Position numbers and translations under genes: made by a program. A DNA stretch of 63,363 bases, counting the filler, from Collodictyon triciliatum (taxonomy: Eukaryota): NCBI GenBank assembly GCA_043381765.1. It is 15 parts of 15 records of this genome, joined end to end, with 100 filler letters (N's around TTAATTAATTAA, not from the genome) between each part and the next. Parts side by side here need not be neighbours in the genome. Positions count along the whole stretch, not along the records: positions 38,296 to 42,729 come from JBHJMP010006106.1; positions 42,830 to 47,261 come from JBHJMP010006107.1; positions 47,362 to 51,787 come from JBHJMP010006108.1; 12 more parts are not named here. One strand, 5' to 3'. This document shows, one piece after another, positions 38,296 to 50,710 of the stretch; the stretch's first letter is position 1; the number at the start of each line of letters is the position of its first letter. The notes under the pieces were generated by a model, which was not told the origin of the DNA, did no database searches, and saw nothing but the letters and a program-made list of their open reading frames with translations.

Positions 38296-41200
38296 AATCA
38301 GCATGCGAGCTTTGTCAACCCGGTTCATATAATCCCAATATTGGCCAATTTTTTTGCATGAATTGTACTGATGGAACCTACAATCCAAAATTTGGTTCAA
38401 CAAGCAACACATCGTGTATTGAATGCCCCAAAGGGACTTATGGAAGTGAGCTAAGAGATGAATGCACATCATGCCCAGCTGGAACATTCAACAATAAAAC
38501 TGGCTCACATAACCAATCATCATGCATTTCATGTCCAAACGGAAGCTACAGCTCAGAAAGAAGCTCGTCATGCAGTTTATGCTTATCAGGATTCTATCAA
38601 AAAGAAGACATCACAAAAGATTCAAGCTCATGCTATACTTGTCCAAAAGGCACATTCAACTCAAACTCCGGCTCATATGGGTACAAATCATGTATTGAAT
38701 GTCCACAAGGCACTTGGAATGATAAAGATGGTCAAGCATCGTGTAAATCATGCCCAGCTGGTACATTTAACAATAAAACTGCATCAGATAATCAATCATC
38801 ATGTATTCCGTGTCCAAATGGAAGCTACAGCTCGGAAAGAAGCGCATCATGCTTTTCATGTTCACCAGGATTCTATCAAAAAGAGGTAGTCACAAAAGAC
38901 CAGAAATCATGCTATGCATGTCCAAAAGGTACATTCAACTCAAACTCCGGCTCATATGGATACAAATCATGTATTGAATGTCCACAAGGCACTTGGAATG
39001 ATAAAGATGGTCAAGCATCATGCACATCATGTCCAGCTGGTACATACAACAATAAAACTGGCTCATTTGATCAATCATCATGTATTCCGTGTCCAAATGG
39101 AAGCTACAGCTCAGAAAGAAGCGCATCATGTATCTCATGTTCACCAGGATTCTATCAAAAAGAGGGAATCATAAAAGACTCAAAATCATGCTACGCTTGT
39201 CCAAAAGGCACATTCAACTCAAATTTCGGCTCATATGGAAATGCATCATGCGTTGAATGTCCACAAGGTACTTGGAATGATAGAGATGGTCAAGCATCAT
39301 GTACATCATGCCCAGCTGGTACATTTAACAATAAAACTGGTTCATTCAACCAATTATCATGCATTCCATGTTCAAACGGAAGCTACAGCTCAGTTGGAAG
39401 CGCATCGTGTAGTTTATGTTTATCAGGATACTATCAAAAAGAGGTAGTCGCAAAAGACCAGAAATCATGCTATGCTTGTCCAAAAGGTACATTCAACTCA
39501 AATTTCGGTTCATATGGAAATACATCATGCATGGAATGTCCCCAAGGCACTTGGAATCATAGAGATGGTCAAGCATCATGCACATCGTGTCCAGCTGGTA
39601 CATTCAACGATAAAACCGGTTCAATTGAATTATCATGTATTACATGTCCAGATGGAAGCTACAGCACAGACAGAAGCGCATCTTGCAGCTCATGCTCATC
39701 AGGATACTATCAAAAAGAGGTAGTCGCAAAAGACCAGAAATCATGCTATGCTTGTCCAAAAGGTACATTCAACTCAAATTTCGGCTCATATGGCAATAAA
39801 TCTTGTGTTGAATGTCCACAAGGGACTTGGAATGATAGAAATGGTCAAGCATCATGCACATCATGTCCAGCTGGTACATTCAACAACAAAACGAGTTCAT
39901 TCAACCAGTCATCATGCATTTCATGCCCAGATGGAAGCTACAGCTCAGAAAGAAGCGCATCATGCAGCTTATGCTTATCAGGATTCTATCAAAAAGAAGG
40001 AATCATAAAAGACTCAAGCTCATGCCATACTTGTCCAAAAGGCACATTCAACTCAAATTTCGGTTTATATGGAGACAAATCATGTATTGAATGTCCACAA
40101 GGTACTTGGAATGATAGAGATGGCCAAGCATCATGCACATCGTGTCCAACCGGAACATTCAATAATAATACTGGCTCATTCAACCAATCATCATGCATTT
40201 CATGTCCAGATGGAAGCTATAGCTTATCTGGAAGCTCATCATGCAGCTTATGCTTATCAGGATTCTATCAAAAAGAGGGAATCATAAAAGACTCAAAATC
40301 ATGCTACGCTTGTCCAAAAGGCACATTCAACTCAAACTTCGGCTCATATGGAAATACATCATGCATGGAATGTCCACAAGGCACTTGGAATGATAGAGAT
40401 GGTCAAGCATCATGCACATCATGTCCGGCTGGTACATTCAACGATAAAACTGGGGCATTCAATCAATCATCATGCATTTCATGTCCGAATGGGAGCTACA
40501 GCTCAGAAAGAAGCGCATCATGCAGCTCTTGCTCATTAGGATTCTATCAAAAAGAAGGAATCATAAAAGACTCACAATCATGCTATGCTTGTCCAAATGG
40601 CACATTCAACTCAAACTCCGGCTCATATGGAAACACATCATGTATTGAATGTCCGCAAGGTACTTGGAATGATAGAGATGGCCAAGCATCATGCACGTCA
40701 TGTACAGCTGGTACATTCAACAATCAAACTGGCTCAGATAATCAATCATCATGCATTTCATGTCCAAACGGAAGCTACAGCTCAGAAAGAAGTGCATCAT
40801 GCAGTTTATGTTCACCAGGATTGTATCAAAAAGAAGATATCACAAAAGACTCCAAATCATGCTATGCTTGTCCAAAAGGCACATTCAACTCAAACTTCGG
40901 CTCATATGGAAACAAATCATGTATTGAATGTCCACAAGGTACTTGGAATGATAGAGATGGTCAAACATCATGCACATCATGTCCAGCTGGTACATTCAAT
41001 AATAGAACTGGCTCATTTAATCAATCATCATGCATTTCATGTCCGGATGGAAGCTACAGCTCAGAAAGAAGTGCATCATGCAGTTTATGTTCACCAGGAT
41101 TCTATCAAAAAGAAGGAATCACAAAAGACTCACAATCATGCTATGCTTGCCCAAAAGGCACATACAACTCCAACTCCGGCTCATATGGAAACAAATCATG

Positions 41201-42729
41201 TACTGAATGTCCACAAGGCACTTGGAATGATAAGGATGGTCAGGCATCATGCACATCATGTCCAGATGGGACATTCAACAATCAAACTGGCTCATTTAAT
41301 CAATCATCATGCATTTCATGTCCAAATGGAAGCTACAGCTCAGAAAGAAGTGCATCATGCAGTTTATGTTCACCAGGATTGTATCAAAAAGAAGGAATCA
41401 CAAAAGACTCAAAATCATGCTATGCTTGTCCAAATGGCACATTCAACTCAAACTCCGGCTCATATGGAAACGAATCATGTACTGAATGTCCACAAGGCAC
41501 TTGGAATGATAAGGATGGTCAGGCATCATGCACATCATGTCCAGTGGGTACATTCAACAATAAAACTGGCTCATTTAATCAATCATCATGCATTTCATGT
41601 CCGAATGGAAGCTACAGCTCAGAAAGAAGTGCATCATGCAGTTTATGTTCACCAGGATTGTATCAAAAAGAAGAAAACATAAAAGACTCAAAATCATGCT
41701 ACGCTTGTCCAAATGGCACATTAAACTCGAACTCCGGCTCATATGGAAACACATCATGTATTGAATGTCCACAAGGCACTTGGAATGATAAAGATAGTCA
41801 GGCATCATGCACATCATGTCCAGCTGGTACATTCAATAATAAAACTGGCTCATTCAATGTATTATCATGTATTTCATGTCCAAATGGAAGCTACAGTCCA
41901 GAAAGAAGCGTATCATGCAACTTGTGCTCACCAGGATTCTATCAAAAAGAGGGAATCAAAAAAGACTCGAAATCATGCTATGCTTGCCCAAAAGGCACAT
42001 TCAACTCAAACTCCGGCTCATATGGAAACAAATCATGTACTGAATGTCCACAAGGCACTTGGAATGATAGAGATGGCCAAGCATCATGCACATCATGTCC
42101 AGCTGGTACATTCAACAATAAAACTGGCTCATTTAATCAATCATCATGCATTTCATGTCCAAATGGAAGCTACAGCTCAGCTGGAAGTTCATCATGCTTT
42201 TCATGTTCACCAGGATTCTACCAAAGAGAAGGAATCATAAAAGATTCAAAATCATGCTATGCATGTCCAAAAGGCACACTCAACTCAAACTCCGGCTCAT
42301 ATGGAAACACATCGTGTATCGAATGTCCACAAGGTACTTGGAATGATAAAGATGGCCAGGCATCATGCACACCGTGTTCAGCTGGTACATACAACAATAA
42401 AACCGGCTCATTCAACCAATCATCATGTATTACATGTCCAGATGGAAGCTACAGCTCAGTTGGTGGCGCATCATGCAGCTTATGCTTATCAGGATTCTAT
42501 CAAAAAGAAAGTGTCATAAAAGACTCACAATCATGCTATGCTTGTCCAAATGGCACATTCAACTCAAACTCTGGCTCTCATGGAAACAAGTCATGCATTG
42601 GATGTCCCCAAGGCACTTGGAATGATAGAGATGGTCAAGCATCATGCACATCATGCCCAGCTGGTACATTCAACAACAAAACGAGTTCATTCAACCAATC
42701 ATCATGCATTTCATGTTCAAATGGAAGCT
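38296..42729 (+). CDS. Giant Cys-rich repeat surface protein (GCC2/GCC3, ephrin-receptor-like CPxGT repeats), partial at both ends
   Basis: Open frame across the whole scaffold; about 15 copies of a 93-aa/279-bp unit with 10 Cys and many N-x-S/T sites. Confidence 0.92.
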
Positions 42730-42836
42730 NNNNNNNNNNNNNNNNNNNNNNNNNNNNNNNNNNNNNNNNNNNNTTAATTAATTAANNNNNNNNNNNNNNN
42801 NNNNNNNNNNNNNNNNNNNNNNNNNNNNNGATTATG

Positions 42837-42958
<122 letters not shown>

Positions 42959-43761
42959 GAATATGAATATGAATATCGGATAAGGTTTTTTTCACTCCCC
43001 AGCCTTGCGATCACGGCTGGTTCACGCTTGGTGACAATGTGTCGCTGGTGCCGCCGAGGCTGTTTTTGCGACGAGGCCCACGTTTGATCCAAAGGAGAGG
43101 AAGGAAGCACATTAATCTGGATTCGTTTGTGTTGGGATGAAACAAGATCCACATTTGTCTACAGTTGGAGACAATTTTCCTATTTGGCCACAGCAATCTG
43201 TATAATTAATCACATTATATTCATGTAATGCGACATATTTTATATATACTCTTATAACATTCAGTCAAATCATACAAACAATAATATCTGTTAAATTCCA
43301 ATATTAGAATAATCTATTGAATATTCTTTTCGCAAAGCTGATTCATCAATCGCAGCTTCGTTTTGAACACCAACACCCAATCCTTACACACAAGCGCGTG
43401 AACCAGGCTAAGACACACTCTGAATACTACTGTCTTGTCGCCTGGAAAAGGAGACGCGAGTTTCAACCTCTTTGATCCACTCATGATTTCGCTGACCATT
43501 ACATACCGTCGCCGCTATTCTTTTTTCTTTTTCTCTTCTTTTTTCTCTTCTTTTTTCTCTTCTTTTTTCTCTTCTTTTTTCTCTTCTTTTTTCTCTTCTT
43601 TTTTGTCACTTTTCTAATTTTCACTTTTTTTTTTTTTTTAAAAAAAAAAGCAATTCTTTTGTAAGGGTTTGTATTTTGGCCAGCGACCCACCCTCCTCCT
43701 AATTGTGTAGGCTGAAACGTAATAAACTTGAAGCAGAAAACAAGCTAGAACGTCTGCACCT

Positions 43762-46700
43762 ATGGACGAAGAACAGTTTGCTGCACTGGCTGCCCTTCTC
43801 AAAGTCACTCCGAGAGCACTCTTAGAAAAAACTGAGGTTATCTTATCATGGAATTCACTTGGGACACTGTCTGCCTCCATCGGAAGGCTTTCTCTTCTAA
43901 CGAAACTTGATGTCTCAGGGAATAAGGTTTCTTTTTTTTTTTATTTCATGAGCAAGGCCCTGGTTCTGTATGATATGCTTTTGTTTTTGTCTTTTGAAGA
44001 TAGATTGTTATTCAAACCAATTTTTTTTTTTTTGGAGGTTCTTTGCACTCTTTGCAGTATTTTGAACGCAGATTATACTAAGTCTCAACCTATACTTATT
44101 CTTATTGGTAGTTGAGTAACCTTCCAGACACAATGTCCCTTCTGACAGATCTAAAGTCTTTGAATCTTTCTGAAAATGAGGTATGTCTTTTTAGCCAAAA
44201 CTGAAACTACAAAGACGCCCAACGCTTGAATCTCTTTATATTATAAAAATATCGAAAATGTATCTCATAATTTAAATCCAACTGTCTAACATTGCCACTG
44301 TGACAAATTTTCACCAGTTTTCTAGCATCCCTGAGATTCTCTCCTTACTTACAAACCTCGTAGACCTCAACTTGTGGGGAAATAAGGTTGCCAACTATAT
44401 CTTGGTCCACCGCTTCAAAATCAATTCCTCAAAACATAACTAAGCATGAATTATCACAAATAAGTGAGCGGTGCAAGTTAAGTTGCGCACCATAATTCAT
44501 TTTACCTCTATAAATTACGTATTCGTCTATATTACTCGTAGCTCCAGGTATGGCCCACTTTCTTGCGTCATCTTTCGAAAATTAGATCCATAGACTACTC
44601 AAATAACGGGGTACATAAAATTTTCATCGATGAATGTTTTGCACAGTTTATTTTGCCTGCAGAGCATATAATATGCCATTCTGATTCATCTCATCTAATT
44701 CCAAATTTTTTGTCATGGCACTTTCCCTAGTTAAATTCTAGTAATCTGCCGACAAGGATGGATAACTTATCAAAGCTATCCATTCTTCATCTTCATCATA
44801 ATAATGTTTGCATTATAATCAGTTCCTTAAGTCATACCCTTTTGTCACTTTTCCACAGTGGGGCACCTGATCTACTTTTTTTCCCGAAATAAATAATCTA
44901 AAAAATATGTATATGTATGCCCAAGAGAAGTATCCCAATTATTATTATTTACTTACCACAAGGAGCAACTAATTTTACAATATTTGTATGATGCAGATGA
45001 CGTCTATACCCAGTGCATTTTCTGTTCTTATTCATCTAGAACAACTACATGTGACAAAAAATAAGGTACAGGAACTTAAGTCTGTCATGTACAAAGAATC
45101 GGTGAGTCCAAACTGTGGCTTTGGTTTTGAAATCCATTTCTGTACAATTATAGCTCTCGGTAATAGACATATCGATTAGCAGCCTCTCATCTCTTAGAGT
45201 GCTCAACTTATCAGACAATCTTGTAAGTTTACGTTTCATAAGGGTTCGCGTTGAATATAAGAGCATATCATGGCATTTCTGTTAATATATGTATATGTGC
45301 AGTTGTTGAGCGTTGGAAGCTTTATTAAAGGTCTTAGCTCTCTTGAAACTTTGGAAATATACTCCAACAAAGTAAGTTGATGGCTGATTCTTACGTACAT
45401 CAATAATACACATGCTTTATTTTATAATTATCAAGACTTTACGGACACACTTTCATCAATCTTTAATATAGGTCACATCAATAGATTCTGGTATCGGACA
45501 GTTGACAAATATGAAGGTCATCCATGCATCAAAAAATAAAGTAAGATTTACAAAGTTGTTATTGTATACTTACCCCTTCCCTAGTATATAGTTTTATTTC
45601 TGATATGCCCTTGTTGTAGCTCAGTAGCATTCCCTCAGAAATTGGCTTGCTCACAAACCTTGAGGTTCTCGGACTTTCGGAGAACAACGTATGAAGAGCA
45701 TATTTTATTTTAAAAAAAAAGAAAAGAAAGAGGAAAATGATACATCTGAGAGCTTTTTATATAGTATGTAACAACCTATCAATCTAGATTTCTCAGCTGC
45801 CAGACTCTCTATGTGGTTTACATGCCCTTGTTAAGTTTGAAATGATTAAAAATAAGGTTCGCATTACTAATGTCCCACATAACGAAAGGTTCTCTTTCAT
45901 TTTCAGTTCCAAAAATAATTCGTATGCTCCTGTCTATTTTGAATTGACTTTATAAAAATAAAAATTCAGATAACGGCCATTCCTGAGAATATTGGCAACC
46001 TTACAAATTTAATCGGCTTCCACATCGGCACAAATTTTGTACAAATATTATTTCAACGGCTGACGATTTGATTGTCTCCAATCATTATTTATTTATTCAA
46101 TCTTATTTCTGTGGACTTAAGTTTTGCTGTGGTGCAGATTACTACAATTCCTGCCTCTATCGGATTAATGACTAAGCTTGAGCAGCTTGGGATTAGTGAT
46201 AATTGTGTAATGATTATTTTCATGAAGAAAAAGTTTTAGATACCGCTGATTCTCTTCACATCTATCCGATTTTACATCAGACTCGCTATTCTTGCCCTTT
46301 TATTGAAGTAATCAAATCATTATTTATCCAAAAGATATCGTATCTTCCCTTATCTATGTCTCGATGTTTAAATCTCAAACACGTATGGGTCAATTATAAA
46401 GGACGGGAAGCTACTCTACCAGTAAGTTGCTCCACCCCTCAGTATCTTCGCTATATTATATACTTATCTAATGATGAAAATGCGTACTAATAATCACTCT
46501 GTACTTTTTCGTAATCTTAGCTGCAAGAATTCCCCGAGGTATTATGCCAAATAACATCGTTGGAAGGCATGTATATATCTAGCAACCTTGTAAGATTTTT
46601 ATCTTTTAAAATGTGATTTGTTCCGGTTAATGCGGATATTGCTAGTTTTTTTTTTTGAAATAATTTATTTCTGCTGGGCAGATATCATCTATTCCAAATT

Positions 46701-47261
46701 CAATTGGAAGACTTACAGGGCTGAACTACTTGTGGCTCAAGGGAAATAAGGTTAATTTATCTCAGTTTATCCTTCTTTTTTTTTTAGTTACTTTTTCATT
46801 CCATTTACCAGCGGCTTTGTACTCCTCTATTAGATAACCTCACTTGTTCCTGAAATTCGATTCTTGACAAACCTGAAAACGCTGAATCTCGAAGACAATA
46901 CCCCAGTATGTAAAAAGAATAATTATGATCTGCCAAACTATACAATCTCATAATTCCAACGCTCCATGTGTAGACCAAGCCAGTTTTATTTATTTTTTAT
47001 TATCCCAGCATCCCCACATCGGCAACTACTTCAGAGATATGCCCAACTTGCGAAAGCTTATTTTGAAGAACATGGATGTACGGAACTGTCTTTGACATTT
47101 CTTCTCAATATTTATTAAAAAAAAATTATTATTTTTGTTCGGGTTTAAAAGATCTCTATTGATGACAAAATATGCATTAGTTTTGTACTAGTCTCACTCT
47201 GCTGATGAATCAAAAAAACATGTTTCTTCCTTCGATAGAGAATCTGCTGTATCACCTCCCT
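43762..47261 (+). CDS. LRR protein with one LRR per exon (3'-partial)
   Basis: Exons 43762-43926, 44112-44180, 44318-44386, 44542-44610 and more than 10 further ~69-nt exons, each encoding a repeat ending in N-x, separated by phase-0 GT-AG introns. Confidence 0.88.
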
Positions 47262-48332
47262 NNNNNNNNNNNNNNNNNNNNNNNNNNNNNNNNNNNNNNN
47301 NNNNNTTAATTAATTAANNNNNNNNNNNNNNNNNNNNNNNNNNNNNNNNNNNNNNNNNNNNTGTTTGTTTTTTCTGTTTGTTTTTTCTGTTTGTTTTTTC
47401 TGTTTGTTTTTTCTGTTTGTTTTTTCTGTTTGTTTTTTCTGTTTGTTTTTTCTTTTTCTTTTTCCTTTCCTTTTCTTTTTTCCTTTTCTTTTTTCCTTTT
47501 CTTTTTTCCTTTTCTTTTTTCCTTTTCTTTTTTCCTTTTCTTTTTTCCTTTCCTTTTTCTCCTTTCCTTTTTCTCCTTTTTTCCTTTTTCTCCTTTTTTC
47601 CTTTTTTTTTCCTTTCCTTTCTTTTTCTTTTTCTTTTTTCATTTTTTCATTTTTTTCTTTTTTTTCGGTCTTATTCAGCCTGTAAATGAATAAACTTCAT
47701 TACAAATGTTGTGACGAACTTGGTTTTATCCCTTTCAAGGCACATCACTTTTTATACAACGAAAGTGTACCCATACAATCCAATCTATTGCACAGACGAC
47801 CATCGAATTAAATCTGGGTTGACAAAAGCAGGAGCTTTGATGAATCCAAGAAACAACCAGAATAATATAAAAGTATGATTAGTATATATAATAAGATTAA
47901 AAATGCTTAAAAATCATTCTATTCCTGTAATCAATTTATATTTTATTATCCATTATACAATATTATCATTAAAATTCAAAGATGACAAACAAGCCCTTGC
48001 GTTGGCCCAGACAGAACCCAGTCTATAAACCTGCCACCAAACATGCATTTCAAAAAAAGCATAATGTCCACACTTGCGGCGGTAATCATGTTGTTTGGGG
48101 CCGATATGTTGACTTTCAGCCACAATGGCTATACGGCCGTCCTTTCCAACTCGCCGAATCGGCTCGGCGTTTTGTCTCAAATCACTTGCATAAAAAACTT
48201 TGAGTGTTTGTTTGCCACAAAGCGCATGTTTTGAAAGTCTCGGTAGATGCTTAATTTTACATAAATTGATTTTTGCAGTTTTTTAATTGAGTAATTGACT
48301 TAAGATTTACTGAAATTGAAAACTCGGTAGTT

Positions 48333-50269
48333 TTCTAAAGGAAAAAGTAAAACAAAGACTTCCAGACGAAGAAAAGAAAACGTTTTGAGTCTGAGAATCT
48401 AAAGTCTGTAAAACCACACTGTCGTAATCTGAAAACATCTCTAAAGTCGATTGTAAAGAATGTGGATGACTATTACAAAAAACGATACGGTTTTATTGTG
48501 TCATAATTTGGTCACCGAAATTTAACTGTTTGCGGGATGTTACGTATTGAAATCACAACAACTCCCAACAATCGGTGAAATGCTTTTTTTGTACGCTTTA
48601 AAGACAGTCGAAACAGTTTCATGTGATAGAACCCGCAAGATTTTAAAAAAAAACCAGATATGAGAGATGCCATGATGACTTTTTATCTCTACGATTTTCG
48701 ATTCCTTTTGTCCCAAGAAGAACGCTTTCCGTTGGTTAGACTGCCTCATACATTACCGTACTTGGCGAAGCAAATGCTAACAGCTTACCATAATAACATT
48801 AAGGAGCATGTCGTAAAGAGGTTACTACGCTTTATAAACCAAACAGTTCCTAAATATGAGAATATTACGGAAGCTATTAAAAAGCCAGAGTTACGAAAGT
48901 TAAAAAGTCATCTTCAAGAATCTCGAAATACCGGAACAATATAAAGAATGGGCTATACTCCATTTGCATCTTATCATTCCCGGCGATATTGTAAAAGGTA
49001 TAGAATATGACGTCAAAGTCCACCAAATAAGTACATTCCATGTCTGATTTACATGAATCGCATTTTTGGGGACATTAGAGCCAAAAATTTTCAACCAATT
49101 TCTATAATAACTAATTATGTAATATGATATATTACTCTAGATAATGCATGTTTGATAGGTCTATTAGTATTGTCTGGAAAAATATCATTACTGAAGAATA
49201 TATCAGGATGCATAGAAACACTATGGTTTGATTTCTTTGAAATGAAGAAGAGAGTCTTTCATCAAAGAGACTACAATTTTAAATACATGATACAAACAGA
49301 CGGCTTGGCGGGGTCATTATTGTTTGAAAAGAAAGGCATTTCAATTCAAAATTCCAATATAACAACAACAAAAAAAAACTAGAATATGTTTATATAGATG
49401 AACTTTCCGAAGAGCAGTTATCTTCATTAGCGACAAAAAATAAAATAAAAAATAACATAGTTTAATGGATGCACGCAACTTTAATCTGGTTTACATGGTG
49501 GATGAGACAGGTAAGAAATTCCGTTTCATGGCGCACCAAAGACATGATAGCAAACCTCTTAAAAATCACAAAATACTCTTGTGCGAAAAAAAAAGGTAAA
49601 GTAAAATGCTTCAGGGATATGCATAGCAACAGATTTACAAAGTGCTGTTTATTTTGGTGCCATGACTTTTGAAGAGAGTCAGCGGTTTGAGACATCAAGA
49701 GTATCTTTAATCGATTTAGAGACAGAACTGAGTAAACATAATTCATGCATGGTCGATTATGAAAAATTTCGAAAATATGTATCTATGAAATCAAGATACC
49801 AGATAGAATTATCCATATTTTATGAACAAGTAACTTTTCGAAAGATGAGATGGAGACAGTATTGTTAATACAAAAAGAAGTTAGCAATTGTTTATGGTCC
49901 GAATCGAAAAGACATTTGGCAAGGATGTTGTACTGGTGAATGGAGAGTGGAGCAGAAAATGTCGATGAACCATCTTATGCCAACAATCGGAAGAGGATTA
50001 CGAAAAATACAATCCAAACATTTTGAAACAGTTACCGTGGATGAATTTAGAACCTCCAAAATGTGCTGCAACTGCGAAAAAGAACTGAAATATATGAAGC
50101 CGAAAGGAAACTCAAAAAAAAAAAGGTGTTTAGATGTCTCATATGTAAAGAATGCAATCGCCCAGAAAGCAAACAAAGAGTATTTTTGACAAGGGACTTT
50201 AACAGCGCTAATCGTATGCTCAAGAAAGTTCTTTTTATCTTTCAAAGAATGCATACACCTTTCTCTTAA
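48333..50269 (+). pseudogene. Fanzor1 (TnpB-like RNA-guided RuvC endonuclease), frameshifted
   Basis: Collinear fragments across frames: KTSLKSIV; LPYLAKQMLTAYHNNIKEH..LLRFIN; IEYDVKV; ITLDNACLI; IQTDGLAGSLLF; RuvC-I D (MDARNFNLVYM, 49468); FRKMRWRQY; GEW..MNHLMPTIGRGLRK; RuvC-II VDEFRTSKMCCNC (E at 50043); CKEC; RuvC-III TRDFNSANRM (D at 50195). Several stops and frameshifts. Confidence 0.9.
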
Positions 50270-50281
50270 AAAAAAAAAAAT

Positions 50282-50416
50282 AGGCTGTCGGGTCTTTCCA
50301 GGCAGCCTTCACCACTACATAATCTTTGTGAAAAAAGTGGTGAGACCTTGGATACTAGCGCACCAGGTTTACCAATCGAAAGATTGGCATACCCCTTCTA
50401 GTAGTGAAACAAACGA
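50282..50416 (+). ncRNA. Predicted Fanzor omegaRNA scaffold plus guide
   Basis: Immediately downstream of the Fanzor stop. Stems at 50282-50289/50301-50308, 50309-50316/50336-50343, 50345-50351/50363-50368 and 50372-50377/50382-50387 (GAAA loop). The loop sequence TACTAG (50353-50358) is complementary to CTAGTA (50398-50403). Confidence 0.65.
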
Positions 50417-50710
50417 GTCTAAATGATTTCCAAATATGTCATTTAGACAAGTGAAGAAACAAGAAAACAAACTGAAAAGGACTTATCGTTCTGTCAGTTG
50501 AACTGCGCCCGCGACTCCCAACGACCCGCCAAATACCCGGCCAAAGCACCAAACGGCGCCCGCCGCAGCAGTCCCCGGACTGTGTCTAAGTCTACGAACA
50601 TTTGTCCCAAAGCCGCCTCCGCAAACTCTCCACTCTGCTTCCTCAGTCGCGTTCAACATTCTCAACCACGCATACAATTCATATACGTGCGCATGCGAAC
50701 AAAGCTAAGG

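Noticed and set aside
47949-47981. Possible Helitron 5' end (A|TCCATTATACAATATTAT)
   Set aside because: It falls inside what looks like a GT-AG intron (47873-47981) of an unidentified upstream gene fragment and cannot be supported from one copy.
48179-48220. Weak inverted similarity to 50404-50456 as possible TIRs
   Set aside because: Only short low-complexity matches (AAACAAAC, CAAGTGA) with inconsistent spacing; likely chance.
48263-48319. AATTGA motifs upstream of Fanzor resembling the mimivirus early promoter AAAATTGA
   Set aside because: No exact octamer, and such motifs are expected by chance in AT-rich DNA.
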